From Chiloscyllium plagiosum (Eukaryota), in assembly GCF_004010195.1 (NCBI RefSeq), contig NC_057751.1, positions 1,035,968 to 1,099,967 of the forward strand: DNA of 64,000 bases. Direction: 5' to 3'. The position numbers and the translations under genes are program-made. Of this stretch, positions 1-12,619 are shown one piece after another. Every line of letters begins with the position of its first letter. The first letter of the stretch is position 1. Below the pieces are notes generated by a model. It did not search any database. It saw only the letters and a program-made list of their open reading frames with translations, and was not told the origin of the DNA.

Positions 1-1049
1 GAGCAGCTCTGTCAACACCCTTGGAGGGAGAAACAGGCTAAATGCTGTGAGTCCAGTACGACTTCAACTTGGTAAAATTATGTTAACTCTCACTGACTAT
101 CTTGAATGTTTCTAAGTTACCTGCTGCAATATCTTTAGTCATAGCTTTTAACATTCTCCCCAAGACAGATGTTAAACTGACTGGTTTGCAGTCCTCTGCA
201 TTCAGCCTTCCTCCCTTTCTGACTAAAGGAATTTGATTTGATATTTTGAAATCAAATGCAACCTCTCAAATCGAGGAATGCTTTCAGGTTACTTAAGGTT
301 GTCAGGCCATGAGGAGACATGCTAAGTTTGGGTCTTTCCAGCAGGTGTGGTTACACACAGGGCTTGAAAGCACCAACACTTTTCTTTTAAGATAAAACCT
401 AGGGAAGCTAGACATCGTTCAAACTTCAAAGAACTCTTTGGGACATCCCAAGGACATAAAAGACTTTACACTGTTATTTCTTTCCTCATCTGACAGCAAT
501 TACTCAATGTTCAAGAAAAGTTTAGTTGGCAGCCTTTTGCTGCTGTATTTGAGAACAATTCTAGATATTTTTAAAATGTTTTATTTTAGTTCTTTACCTG
601 CTTTTGTCTGTAGCTTCTTGTGAGCCATGAGATGAAATTCGATGAGGGAATTTAGGAAGGCAGAAAACATAATCACATCTGAAATATCCCAACAACAAGA
701 AGCAATTTCATCCTCAATGAGTCACAGAAGGTCACATTAAAAACCAAGACATAGTGAGACTTGGGCAACTTCCCCTGAAGCCATCTGACATGGTTAATCA
801 CATCTAATTACAGATCAGGTTTAGTTGCTTCATCTCAAATGCTCTCTTTACTGATCTCACTTGCCATGCAGACATTGATGGAGCCTGTCCACTGCCTTTG
901 TCAGAACAAGCCATTTATAACATATCTTTGAAATATCAGAATAAGCATTTTGGTCATCAATCAGCATCCTCAATGATCCAGGGGCTTAGACTGAATTATC
1001 TGAGTTCTGTTGCCTTAATTTCAAAATAATGAGGTGATTAATTTTTGAT

Positions 1050-1420
1050 GTTCTTTCACGCGATGTGAGCATTACTGGTAAGTCAAGCACTGGTAAGCCA
1101 TCCCTAATTGCCCTCGAACCAAATGCATCACCTCAGTGGGCAATGAGGACTCAGGCACATTGCCGCAGATCTCGAGTCACCGACTGACCAGACCATGGAA
1201 GGACAACAGATTTACTTCCGTAAAAGACATGAGTGAACCAGATATTTTGTCTTCATAATGACCGGTGATAGTTTCATGGTTACTGTTACTGAGAGTAGCT
1301 TCCAGTTCCAGATTTATGAATTCACATTCCACAAGCTGCCGTGGTGAGATTTGGCTCATGGTGCTCAGAACATCAAATGGGCTTAGAGCACCAGTAGAGT
1401 GACATCAGCACCTGCCACCA
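1050..1420 (-). mobile_element. Unclassified shark SINE, old copy
   Basis: Reverse complement resembles the copies at 29760-30080 and 53505-53825 (ggttcact, ggtctgg and caattagggatgg segments). Confidence 0.55.
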
Positions 1421-1756
1421 CATCCCCACATTGGAGTTCAGAGTATTAACCAGATTTGATAGGCAGATGTGGAACAGCTACTTTCTCGTGTTATCACCTT
1501 CAGAATAGACACTAGCCATTCCAGGATGTTGTCAGGAAGCACTTGTTTACATTAGAGGTGGTGAAAATCGAGACATCTCTCCCCCAGAAAAGTGGATGGT
1601 GACAGATGGTCACTTGGAGGTTTGGAAACACAGGTATTTGTTGGTTTGGGGTCTCCAGAGATATTGAGATAAGGCAGATGAATGGAGGTGACGGATAGAT
1701 TGTCCACGAAATAATAGCGAAAGTTAATGAAGCTGAATTGCTTCTTTCTGTTCTAG

Positions 1757-1890
1757 ACCAACAGTCTCAAGGAGCTGAATGAACTCCTTCTATCACAAAC
1801 TATCATGATGAAACAGCTGAACAGGCTTCCCCTTGCTCCTGTGCAACACACACAAAGGCTGAATGTGTTCTCCCTGTCCCTTTGGAACAG
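1757..1890 (+). CDS. Putative internal coding exon of an unidentified gene (TNSLKELNELLLSQTIMMKQLNRLPLAPVQHTQRLNVFSLSLWN-R)
   Basis: Acceptor cttctttctgttctAG ends at 1756. Open phase-0 frame. Donor CAG|GTTTGA at 1891 leaves a phase-2 'AG' that joins exon 7335 in frame. Unique, non-repeat sequence. Confidence 0.55.
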
Positions 1891-2599
1891 GTTTGAGACG
1901 CTGAATGGCCTCCTCTTTTTCCAGTGCTCCACCCAATCTCTTGTTCCCAAAATGAACCACATGCCCACTATAATGAACACAAGTAGTGCAATGGGCATCA
2001 AGTATTTTGCGTGGTTTGTGGGTTGGTTGTGAAATGCTGAATTTTGATACAGTTTCTGTCTTTTTCCTGACACATGATTTTCCGAGAGACTGATTTCCGT
2101 AATTTTGTGAGACTGTTGCTGACAATGAATCAGTGGAGTGACAGAGTGAAATCGCGTGGAAATCGGTGTAGTATTTCACTGAGCCCTTGGATCATCCACT
2201 CAAGTTGTTGTCTCAATGAGAAATTCTCAAAGCAGTCTTTTACTACCATTCTTTGTCCAGCTCTCAGACCGAAAGGAGGCTGGATTCTCGTCTCGTCACT
2301 ATGGAAACTGGGTTTCTGTCTCGGTAGTATGGAAACTACTTTTCGTTTTGCCTTGCACCCCAAGTGGGAAAAAGGATACTGCTTTAAACCAAAGTATTTG
2401 TGGAAGGAAATGTTGGAGTTACAAAATAATTTGCTGGAACTCATTGTGAGTTGTGCTTACACTGTTGCTTCGGGTTGTTTGGATTCACGTTACTCAAGGT
2501 GATCATTGGCAGGCACTTGTGTCGCCTAAATGAACCTTGCCACTTCTCAGCCCAAACCTGGATGGTGCAAGCTCCTGGACGTTTACAGCACACACGAGG

Positions 2600-3130
2600 C
2601 TGTTAAGCCCACAGTGTCCACACAGGTTAACAAAGATCAGAGATACTAATCCCATTTTCCAGCTCTTGGCCCATAGCCTGGGAGGCTATGGCAACACAAG
2701 TGAAAGTCTACATTCAGCAGAAACGTTTCTGACTCAATCAAGCTTGAGGCACTGAGTTCCAGAATCCCCTTGCCCCCTGGATGGAAAGATTGCTCTTCAC
2801 CTCTCCTCTTGAAATGCTATTTCTTTCCTTAAATCTATGTCCCTAATTGAGAAACTGGCTTCCTATCCACCCTGCCTATGGCCCTTATGATCTTATACAC
2901 TTTCATCAGGTGCCCTGTCATTATTCCAAAGAAAACCATCACAGTGCATCCAATCTTTCATCTCATTCTGATCTTCCAGCCAAAGCAGCATCCTGGTAAA
3001 TTCCCTCTGTACTCTCCCTATGTACAATCATATCTTTCCTACAATGTGATGACCAAAACTGCACACAGTGCTCCAATTCACACCTAACTGACATTCTACA
3101 CAGTTCATGCTCTAATAAAAACTCTAATAA
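2600..3130 (-). mobile_element. Old CR1-type LINE 3' fragment; appears to resume at ~6310-6500
   Basis: Degenerate match to CR1 3' regions elsewhere in the window. The 6389-6622 minus ORF ends with CR1-like EFNLEKCEVV. Confidence 0.6.
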
Positions 3131-3151
3131 AAGCCTATATGATTCCTGAAT

Positions 3152-3994
3152 AGTGTCATACAGTCATTGAGGTGTACAGCACGGAAACAGACCCATCGGT
3201 CCAACTTGTCCATGCCGACCAGATATCCTAACCTATTCTAGTGCCATTTGTCAGCACTTGGCCCATATCCCTCCAAACTCTTCCTATTCATATACCCATC
3301 CAAATGCCTTTTAAATGTTGTCATTGTACCAGCCTCCACCATTTCCTCTAGCAGCTCATTCTATACACACACCACCCTTTGCATGGCAAAAATTGGCCCT
3401 TAAGTCCCTTTTATATCTATTCCCTCTCACCCTCAACCTATGCCCTCTAGTTCTGGACTCCCCCACTCTGGGGAAAAGACCTCGTCTATTTACCTTATCC
3501 ATGCCCCTCATGATTTTATGAACCTCTATAAGGTCACCCCTCAGCCTTCAACACTCCAAGGAAAATAGCCCCAGCCTATCCAGCCTCTCCCAATAGCTCA
3601 AATCCTCCAATGCTGGCAACATGCTTGTAAATCTTTTCTGAACTCTTTCAAGTTTCACAACATCCTTCCGATCAGAGGAAGACCAGAATTGCACGCAATA
3701 TTCCAAAAGTGGCCAAACCAGCCTCAACATGACCTTCCAACTCTTATACTCAATACTCTGATCAATAAAGAAAGCATATCAAATGCCTTCTTCACTATCC
3801 TATCTACCTGCAACTCTACTTTCAAGGAGCTATGAACCTGCACTCCAAGGTCTCTTTGTTCAGCAATATTCCCTAGGACCTTACCATTAAGTGTATAATC
3901 CTGCAAAGATTTGCTTTCCCAAAATGCAACACCTCGCATTTATCTACATTAAATTCTATCTTCCACTCCTCAGCCCATTGGCCCTTCTGATCAA
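3152..3994 (-). mobile_element. CR1 LINE 3' portion; resumes at 4179-4193 and 6259-6300
   Basis: Minus ORFs PLLEYCVQFWS..KDVVKLERVQKRFT and EQRDLGVQVHSSLKV. Closely similar to the copy at 34683-36805. Confidence 0.9.
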
Positions 3995-4178
3995 CAGTCA
4001 ACAGTGTGGTGTTGTAAAAGCACAGCAGGTCAGGCAGCACCCGAGGAGCAGGAGAATCAATGTTTCCGGCAAAAGCCCTTGTCGATTTTCCTACACCTCG
4101 AATGCTGCCTGCCCTGCTGTGCTTTTCCAGCACCACAGTCTTGACTCTAATCTCCAGCATCTGCAATCCTCACTTTCA
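3995..4178. mobile_element. Short PLE family-A fold-back insertion
   Basis: Inverted arms plus tail ctccagcatctgcaatcctcactttc. 12-bp TSD ccttctgatcaa at 3983-3994 and 4179-4190. Confidence 0.8.
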
Positions 4179-4193
4179 CCTTCTGATCAAGAT

Positions 4194-6258
4194 GAATTAA
4201 ATTGAATTGAATTGATTGTGACATGTACTGAGGCACAGTGAAAAGCTTTGTCTTGTGAGCAGTACAGGCAGATCACAGAGTTAAGTAGCATAACTATAGG
4301 TAAACAGTAGCAAAAACATAAACATAGGTGCAGGCGAATGTTAACAGTTTGTGAATCCATTCAGTATTCTAACAACAGTAGGGTAGAAGTTGTTTTGAAA
4401 CCAGCTGGTGCATGTGTTCTGGCTTCTGTACCTTCTTCCCGATGGTAGAGGTTGTAGAAAAACAACCTAGGGTGGGATGGATCTTTGAGAATGCTGGCAG
4501 CCTTTCCTTGACAGTGGGCCTGGTAGATGGATTCTGTGGATGGGAGGTTGGCCTTTGTGATTGTCCGGGCTGAGTTCACTGCACTCTGTAACCATCTCCG
4601 ATCTTGAATGGTACGGTTACCATACCAGGTAGTGATACATCCAGACAGAATGCTCTCGATGGCGCATTCACCGTTATGCCAAATTTCCTCAGCTGTCTGA
4701 GGAAGAAGAGACATTGTTGGGCCTTTGTAATCAGTGCGTCCACATGANNNNNNNNNNNNNNNNNNNNNNNNNNNNNNNNNNNNNNNNNNNNNNNNNNNNN
4801 NNNNNNNNNNNNNNNNNNNNNNNNNNNNNNNNNNNNNNNNNNNNNNNNNNNNNNNNNNNNNNNNNNNNNNNNNNNNNNNNNNNNNNNNNNNNNNNNNNNN
4901 NNNNNNNNNNNNNNNNNNNNNNNNNNNNNNNNNNNNNNNNNNNNNNNNNNNNNNNNNNNNNNNNNNNNNNNNNNNNNNNNNNNNNNNNNNNNNNNNNNNN
5001 NNNNNNNNNNNNNNNNNNNNNNNNNNNNNNNNNNNNNNNNNNNNNNNNNNNNNNNNNNNNNNNNNNNNNNNNNNNNNNNNNNNNNNNNNNNNNNNNNNNN
5101 NNNNNNNNNNNNNNNNNNNNNNNNNNNNNNNNNNNNNNNNNNNNNNNNNNNNNNNNNNNNNNNNNNNNNNNNATTCAGTATTCTAACAACAGTAGGGTAG
5201 AAGTTGTTTTGAAACCAGCTGGTGCATGTGTTCTGGCTTCTGTACCTTCTTCCCGATGGTAGAGGTTGTAGAAAAACATTGCCAGGGTGGGGTGGATCTT
5301 TGAGAATGCTGGCGGCCTTTCCTTGACAGCGGGCCTGGTAGATGGATTCTGTAGATGGGAGGTTGGCCTTTGTGATTGTCCGGGCTGATTTCACTGCACT
5401 CTGTAACCATCTCCGATCTTGAATGGTACGGTTGCCATACCAGGTAGTGATACATCCAGACAGAATGCTCTCGATGGCGCATTCACCGTTATGCCAAATT
5501 TCCTCAGCTGTCTGAGGAAGAAGAGACATTGTTGGGCCTTTGTAACCAGTGTGTCCACATGAAGAGTCCAGGAAAGCTTGTTGTGGACGACCACTCCCAG
5601 GATCTTGACAATCCCTACTCGTTCCACCTCTGTGCTGTTAATGTGTAGGGGGGGGCATGAGTAACATCCTGGCAAAAGTCAGTAATGAGTTCCTTGGTTT
5701 TGCCGGCATTGAGAGCTAGCTTGTTTTCAGTGCACCATTGTTCCAGGTCTTCCACCTCCCGTCTGTAGTCTGTTTTGTCACCTTCTGAGATTCGACCGAT
5801 TACGGTGGTGTCATCAGTGAGCCTGTCAATGACATTAGTCTGGTATTTGGCGCCGCAGTCATGGGTATACAGTGAGTACAGTAGGGGGCTGAGTACGCAC
5901 CCCTGGCGGCTGCAGTGTTGAGTATTAGTGAGGATGAAATATTGTCCCCAATCTTCACTGATTGTGGCCTGAGGGTCAGGAAACTGAGGATCCAGTCGCA
6001 GAGAGTGGGGCTTAGTCCGAGATCACTAAGTTTAGTAATCAGTCTCGAGGGGATAATAGTGTTGAAGGCTGAACTGTCGTCAATAAGTCAGATTCTTATG
6101 TAGCTGTTCTTGGTGTCAAGATGTTCCAGGGAGGAGTGAAGAGCAAGTGATACGGCATCTGATGTGGATCTGTTGGTCTGATAGGCAAATTAGAGTGGGT
6201 CAAGAGTAATGGGGAGGCCATGACCAATCTTTCAAAGCTCTTCATGACCACCTAAGTT
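4194..6258 (-). mobile_element. Rex1/Babar-type LINE, 5'-truncated, with a 3' segment duplicated across the gap
   Basis: Minus ORFs KAQQCLFFLRQLRKFG, IESILSGCITTWYGN, ILKDPPHPG..PLPSGRRYRS. RT motif remnant TDDTTV near 5800-5820. (AATTG)n tail at 4195-4217. Confidence 0.85.
4748..5172. other. Assembly gap
   Basis: Run of N. Confidence 1.
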
Positions 6259-7334
6259 AGATCCTGTTGTAAGCTAAGGTAATCTTCTTTGCTGTCCAAT
6301 AATCACCTCATTTACCTGCTCCACTGGCTTGAGGGATCTTGGACATGCAAGGTCTCTCTCATCCTCAATACTTACCAAGATCCTCGCTTCATAGTGTTAC
6401 CCCTGCCTTGTTAGCCCACCCCAAGAGCACTACCTCACACTTTTCCAGATTGAATTCTATTGCTGCTGCTCTGCTCAGCTGACCAGTCCGTTTGAGCAAT
6501 TGGAAAGTTATTACAATAGGGCAGACAAGGGTTTGATATTTAAGAAGACAATATTCACCAAAGGAGCTGATTCTGAACAATTGCTGCAGCTCCATTGTGC
6601 CCCCATTGTCAGGTCGGTGCAATTACACAACAACATTTTCAGACTTCCCTTTCGAAAGTGGGCTCACCAGAATTTATCGTGACAAATTGACAGAAACTGT
6701 GTTTCATTGATGTGACAGCTGTCAGTGAGGATTTCATCGGCCCAAAGTTAAAACTAATGCAGGATTTTTTATGCACTTTTGGTATTGTTACCAAAGATTA
6801 AATTCAGTTAACGAAAATAAATCTCCAAGCCATCCAAGGCCACAGTCAGATGTTAGTGAATTGAGAGGCAGCCTGAAGGGGCCAGATCTCCCACTCGCCT
6901 TCTTACTATTTATCTTCAATAGACAGCACTTTAAATAATACATGTTCAAAAGGAGCATTTTATCTTCCAGTGTGGCTAGGGCATGAGGAATTTCATCTGT
7001 GCAATACAATTGATCAGGAATGCATCCTTTGAGCTGCTCAGTTAAAATATTGTGAGCCCAATATCTTGTACATATTTCAGGGCAAATATTGGAGGATTGA
7101 GAGCAAATCTTACCCTTTTGGGCTAACTTCAGTTTGGTTTGGTCCAACCAAAATTTGGGGAGATATTTGCAGTGTGGATAATGAAAGCCTCAGTTAATTC
7201 CGTGGTATAGACAATATTCAGGGACTAGGCAGATTCCTCTACTCAGGGACTGACAAGCTTGAATGTGGGAAGGGCTTTACGTTATAGCATGGTGATGATA
7301 TAGCTAAACTCAACCAGCTTTCTGCCTCTTCCAG

Positions 7335-7611
7335 AATTAAGTTCGGAATGCTCACCATCGACATTCCTGACCTTCTGCCAACTGAGGGCAAGTCAGGATC
7401 ACTTAATGATTTCATCCCCACCACTGCTGAAGTTAACCCAGTTCCAAACTTGTTGCAATGCAGCATGTACGAGAGGTCAAACTGTGTGGGCCACTTGTCA
7501 CTTCGGGGAAGTAGTTGCCTCCTTGATTGGAGGGCTGGACAAGAGATGGAGTTACCCACAGGGAACCAAAACACTTCCCCTGCTTCCACCTCTCCCACAA
7601 CTCCAAACTGA
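7335..7611 (+). CDS. Putative terminal coding exon of the same gene (R-IKFGMLTIDIPDLLPTEGKSGSLNDFIP...SPASTSPTTPN*)
   Basis: Acceptor tttctgcctcttccAG ends at 7334. First base A completes codon AGA with the upstream exon. Open to TGA 7609-7611; S/T/P-rich tail. Confidence 0.6.
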
Positions 7612-7681
7612 GAAGTGCTCCTCCTCCCCATTGCTTACATTTGTCCTGGGTCCTCTGCAATCCTCAGACTCTGAGTGTACT

Positions 7682-8457
7682 TGTGGGAGAAAGATCAACT
7701 ACCCTGCCCACCGACAGCATGACCACATAAAAAACACAGAAGCTGGCCTGCGAAACACAGAGGTCAAGCCTGCCAACACACACGAAACACACCCACAATG
7801 CCCCAGCCTTGGCCAAACAGGCTAACGAAGGATCCAGATATGCCCAAGCCATTCCCAGACCAGAGAATGCACTTCCAAAGCAACCTTCACAGTAAAACTC
7901 CAGCCCGATTAGTACTGCGGTCCCAATATCCTAAGGGCAGGCTTGTTTCCCATTGAAACCGATACCACATAAACAAACAGGCAGACTGAGAGACCCCTTC
8001 ACTCGTAGGAGGAACACAATGGACATACCTGAATGCCAGGAGAAGGGACATTTACACATACTCATGTGGACAGGAAATACAATGAAGAATCCTCGAGAAG
8101 ACATTCTCAACCATTCGCAGAGATGAGGGGAATCTCCTGTGTCAAATACAAATGAATTGCTGCTACCAGACGCTTGATTAATGTCCATTCAATTTGCTCT
8201 TGTTTTAATCACTTTATAATTTTCCCTATTGTACTGTAACTGCTTTACAATGATCAGCTTTGTGTTGTACCCCTATAAAGTCTGCCTTTACCTTCTGCCC
8301 AGGGAAGAACATCCTGACCATCTGTGCAGAGATTCAGTTCTGTGTCAGCCTGGTCAATTTCTTTTCCGCGATACCGCTTTGTTTGATAAACCACTTGTCA
8401 ACTTCACCGCGATCCTCGTTTGTGGTCTCTGATTCAGTGGGCTTAATTTCTCTGACA
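7682..8457 (+). mobile_element. Solo LTR, 776 bp
   Basis: Termini TGTGGGAGAAA...TTTCTCTGACA (9/11 inverted match). Perfect TSD GTACT at 7677-7681 and 8458-8462. TATAAA at 8274, then GATAAA at 8385, in U3-R-U5 order. Confidence 0.85.
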
Positions 8458-8612
8458 GTACTCCTTTATTAGCTCACTTGGCTAGATGGCTGGTTTGTGA
8501 TGCAGTGTAATGCCAGTGGTCTGCAATCAATTCCTGAGGCTGTCATGAAGACCCAGCCTTTTCAGCCTCACCTGACACTGGTGATCCTGAGGTTAGACTG
8601 TCTGAAATGAGA

Positions 8613-8811
8613 TGGAAATGTGTTGCTGGAAAAGCGCAGCAGGTCAGGCAGCATCTAGGGAACAGGAGAACCGACGTTTCGGGCATTAGCCCTTCTTCAG
8701 GATGCCCGAAACGTCGATTCTCCTGTTCCCTAGATGCTGCCTGACCTGCTGCGCTTTTCCAGCAACACATTTCCATCTCTGATCTCCAGCATCTGCAGAC
8801 CTCACTTTCTC
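8613..8811. mobile_element. PLE family-A hairpin insertion with hammerhead motif
   Basis: 78-bp inverted arms 8609-8686 and 8702-8779, then a ~32-nt tail. 15-bp TSD ctgtctgaaatgaga at 8598-8612 and 8812-8826. Confidence 0.9.
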
Positions 8812-9494
8812 CTGTCTGAAATGAGAGAAGACTGTCATCCCTGGACTTACCTGGTCTGGCCTACATGTGACACCAGACCCACGGCAATATGGTTGACCTG
8901 TCACTGCCATCTGAATTGACTGAGCAAGCCGCTCAGTTAAAGGGAACTATAGATGGGTGGTAAATCCTGGCCTGCATCCTGTGAATAAGGGAAAAAGAGA
9001 CCGTTTTTCGTACAGAAGTTCATGTTCTTGCCAGCATTTGTGCAGGGAGATAATTCTGAACTTTTACATTAATTCTATTTGATGATCTAAAGTATGTTGC
9101 TATTTTATTTGTTTACAACAACGTTAACAGCAACAACTGCAAAGATTAAAGGTACATTATTGGCTGGGGTGCACGTTGAGAGACCAGAGGTGATCGATGT
9201 GCAATAGAAATGCAACTTCATCACATTGTCTTTCTCTGATTCTATCTAACTGAGCAGGAGAAGGGAATGAGGAGAGTGAGGATACCAGTAATAAATTCAT
9301 AATCTTGTCCCCAAGTGCTCACATGCTGATTACTGAGGAAGGAGAGGAAACTCTGTCTGTTTGATTTGGAAAGGAAAAGCCTCAGAGGTGATTTAATAGA
9401 GGCGCACAACATGGTGAAGAAATGTAAGAAAAATCTGGAATCATTTGTGGATGGGTCACAGTTTCAAATGTGTAATTTAGAGATAAACCAAGCA

Positions 9495-9800
9495 TCTTCC
9501 AACCCCACAACCACTTCCATCCAAATGGACAAGGGCAGCAGATACATGGAAACATCACACCCTGCAAATTCCTCTCCAAGTCACACACCATCCTGATTTG
9601 GAAAGATATCACCATTCCTTCACTATCGCTGGGTCAAACTCCTCACATCCTCCCCTAAGGGCATTGTGGGTTAACCCACAGCAGGTGGACTGTAGCGGGT
9701 CAAGAAGGCAGCTCACCACCACCTTCTCAACAGCAACTAGTGACGGGCGTTAACTGATAGCCAGCCAGAGATGCCCATGTCTCATGAGTGAATTTTTAAA
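9495..9800 (+). mobile_element. 3' end of an unclassified LINE (here 'LINE-X')
   Basis: Matches 21660-21830 and 46890-47150, and the reverse complement of part of 59070-59590. Confidence 0.7.
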
Positions 9801-11879
9801 AAATCTTTCAACTGTGACCTGGAATAATTGGGGTCTGATTCAGCTGGAGGTGAAAATCCCGGAATTTGAAGTATTGGTTGGTATTCGGATTAATCTGACA
9901 GGGTGAAGATGGATTGAAAAGCTTTCCTGCTCTGGAATTGTCTTCTGACCTTATAAACAGGCTCCTTGTCACCGATGTATTCTGAGATACGTTGGCTAAA
10001 TTGCATCTCGTCAGGAATAATAAAGGACTTTGGGACTCAAGCCAAACTCGGAAAATGAAAAGCTACAACTGGGCTGTTTGGAGCCTGAAGCTGGATTTGA
10101 GTTTGAGTGGAAAGTGGAACAAATCTGGATAATTGGAATGCTGGACTTGATGTATAAGAGCCAGGTCAGGTCATTGGTTCTGCACCCACTGGTTTCACAT
10201 CAATCCAAATGGAAAGGCTCAGGGGAGGGAGGGTGGCGGTGTTGAGATATTTCTGGCAAGGCACAAGATCTTGAGCAAAGTAGTTTTGTACTTGGCAAGG
10301 AGTGGATGGGAGAATGGTGCGTCTGATGGAGTCAAAAATATCTTGTTAATGCAGTGAAACAAAAGGGTATTGAAAGAGTGGCTTCTTAAAGCACTCAGTG
10401 TTCCTCGATCCTCTGATGATTGTGAAATGTTGTTAAACAGATCAGTCAAGAGCCCTTATGACTAACTTGTGAACGTTACGCTGATCAGCAAGACAAGGCA
10501 AGCTTGGTTACGTCAAACGTCAGAACCCTAAACTGGGCTTCTGCATGTTGAGAGTTCAAGTCACAGGCCCAGTATTTTTTTAATGCGGATTTTTTTTTAA
10601 AATCATGTGTAAGTGATTTATTTAGAAGTTGCTTGACGTCAATCGTTCTTTCCTTTCATTTCTCAGATTGTTTGAGCTGCGTTCAGGATGATAAATGAAT
10701 CCTCGGATGACAAGAAAATGACTAATTGACTCTGGAATATGAGCTCCAGATGTGCGAGATGAAGCTGATTTGAAGTGGAGCCAGATTCCTATTGTTAGGC
10801 AAAACACAGGGGCTGCAGTGACCATAGGGGTTGGTGGGGGAATGCAGAGCAGCCTGAAAATTAGTTGAGCAGATCAACCATCAAAAGAACTTTGCTTCTA
10901 CTGGCAGCCAAAAAGGCCTTTACGTGCAGGGTCGGAGGGTGGTGGTGGGGGGTGGGGGTGGGGTGTGGATGGAGGAACCAAAATAATCCAAAATGTGGTA
11001 TGTGTCACACAGTAATTGCAATTATGTAGTGCGCTAATGCAGTGAAATGTCCTGAGGCAATTCACAGGAGCATAAATCAGTCAGAACTTGACATCGAGCC
11101 ACATTAGAACAGGAAAATGTAGCTTTTAAGGAGGCTCTTAAAGGGGGAGGGAAAAGGTCAAGGGTGGAAATCCTGGAGTTTGGGGCCCCAGGCAATTGGA
11201 CACACATCCTCTGATGCCCAAGAGTGGGGGATACTAGAGGAGGTAGTGTTGGAGGCACATAAAGACCTTGGCTCTGTCATAGGAGCAGAACAAAATGATG
11301 AGCTCAGGATGATGTAAGGGCATGAAAGAATTAGAAAGTAAAGATCAAAATTTAAAATTCAAAATATTGTCACACTGGGAGCCAGTGGGGGCTATGATGA
11401 TTTCAGCAAAACTTAAGACCTTTCAGGAGTTGGAGAAAGAATGCAGGAATGAGATCTGAGCGATGCAAAACCATGACAGGTGGGTGGACTTGCACCATGA
11501 CGAGATATTAACATAGGTAGCTCTCCTTATAAATGTTGGTGTGTCGCTCCAATTGGCAAGAGCAAAAGTGCAAGTAGATATAAAAATTGAAATATACATA
11601 ACTTAGAGCCCAAGATATTTAATAGCAGGCAATGCAGAAAGGAAGTCCCCTTAAAACACCAGAGGGAAATTCACGGCTAGTCCGTCTTCATGGCAGATAG
11701 ACTGATATTCTGCAGTGACTATTATACAACCATGGGTCTCATTTCCCAAACATACCTCCACTTCAGCTGTTTCGAATTCCTATTCTACGGGAATTGCATG
11801 AATTTACTGCACAGAAAGAGACCATTTGGCTGAACAATGCCAGTGTTTATGTTCCATGTCAATTTTCTCTTACCTCAGC

Positions 11880-12200
11880 CCTTTCAGCTTAGTAACACTC
11901 TTATCTATGAGTCACAAGGCTGTGGGTTTAAAGCCACCTCCAGACGCTTCATCACACAGAACAAGTCTGACACTGCAGCAAAGTAATAGTCTGTTAGAGG
12001 TATCACATTTTGAACAAAACACAAAGCTGAGGATCTATGGCCCTAAAATGAGGAGCAACAGGACAATTAATTTTGGCCAAAATTATCCTTAACTTCACAG
12101 AATAGATTGTCTGGTGGTTTTTCCAACACGCAAGTTGACTCTCTCTGGACTGTCATTATCTCATTTCTGAAGTGTTTTGGGACATTGTCTGCTGTGAAAG
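11880..12200 (+). mobile_element. Degenerate DeuSINE-like SINE
   Basis: Remnants of tgggtttaaagcc, ggccaaaattatcctt and gtgttttgggac..gtgaaag. Confidence 0.45.
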
Positions 12201-12393
12201 TTGTTTTCTAATTACAAACAGTTTGTAACCCCATCAGTAAAGACATCTGTTACTTTCTCCTGAAAGCATCTAGCTCTGTTTAAATACATCTAACACTAAT
12301 TGTTTCACCTATTCCTTATCGCAGCCAATTCTGAACTCTAGCAATTTAACAGGAAAATAAATGTCCCTTTTGGTTTTATGAGCAACTTTCTGA

Positions 12394-12520
12394 TGAGTTC
12401 AGAAGAAGGGTCATTGCACCCAAAATGTTAAGTCTGCTTTCTCTCCATAGATACTGCCAGACTTGCTGAGTTTCTCCAGCATTTTCTTATTTTTGTTTCA
12501 GATTTCTGGCATCTGCAGTA
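12394..12520 (+). mobile_element. PLE family-B terminal fragment (degenerate hammerhead)
   Basis: gagttcagaagaagggtc..cccaaaatgttaag followed by ctctccatagatactgccagac. Homologous to 22092-22190 and 49310-49425. Confidence 0.7.
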
Positions 12521-12619
12521 GTTGATTTTATTCTTATATTTATGCTCTCTAGCTCTGGCATCTGCCACAAGTGGAAGTTTTCTCAACATTGAACCTATCA
12601 AACTCCTTCATAATGCCAA

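Noticed and set aside
1753..2073. Minus ORF with a hydrophobic, transmembrane-like stretch
   Set aside because: Antisense to the better-supported + exon. GTG start, in-frame stop at 2176-2178 and no evident acceptor.
4576..5529. Long ORFs spanning N runs (also 46058-46546 and 61995-63137)
   Set aside because: Artefacts of translating assembly gaps.
7335..7430. Resemblance of IKFG..IDIPDLL..EGKS to the GHR/PRLR juxtamembrane region
   Set aside because: No proline-rich Box1 and no preceding transmembrane segment; probably chance, so no gene symbol was assigned.
10928..10973. G-run cluster, a possible G-quadruplex (similar at 57849-57945)
   Set aside because: Short G-rich tracts are common here, and nothing indicates function.
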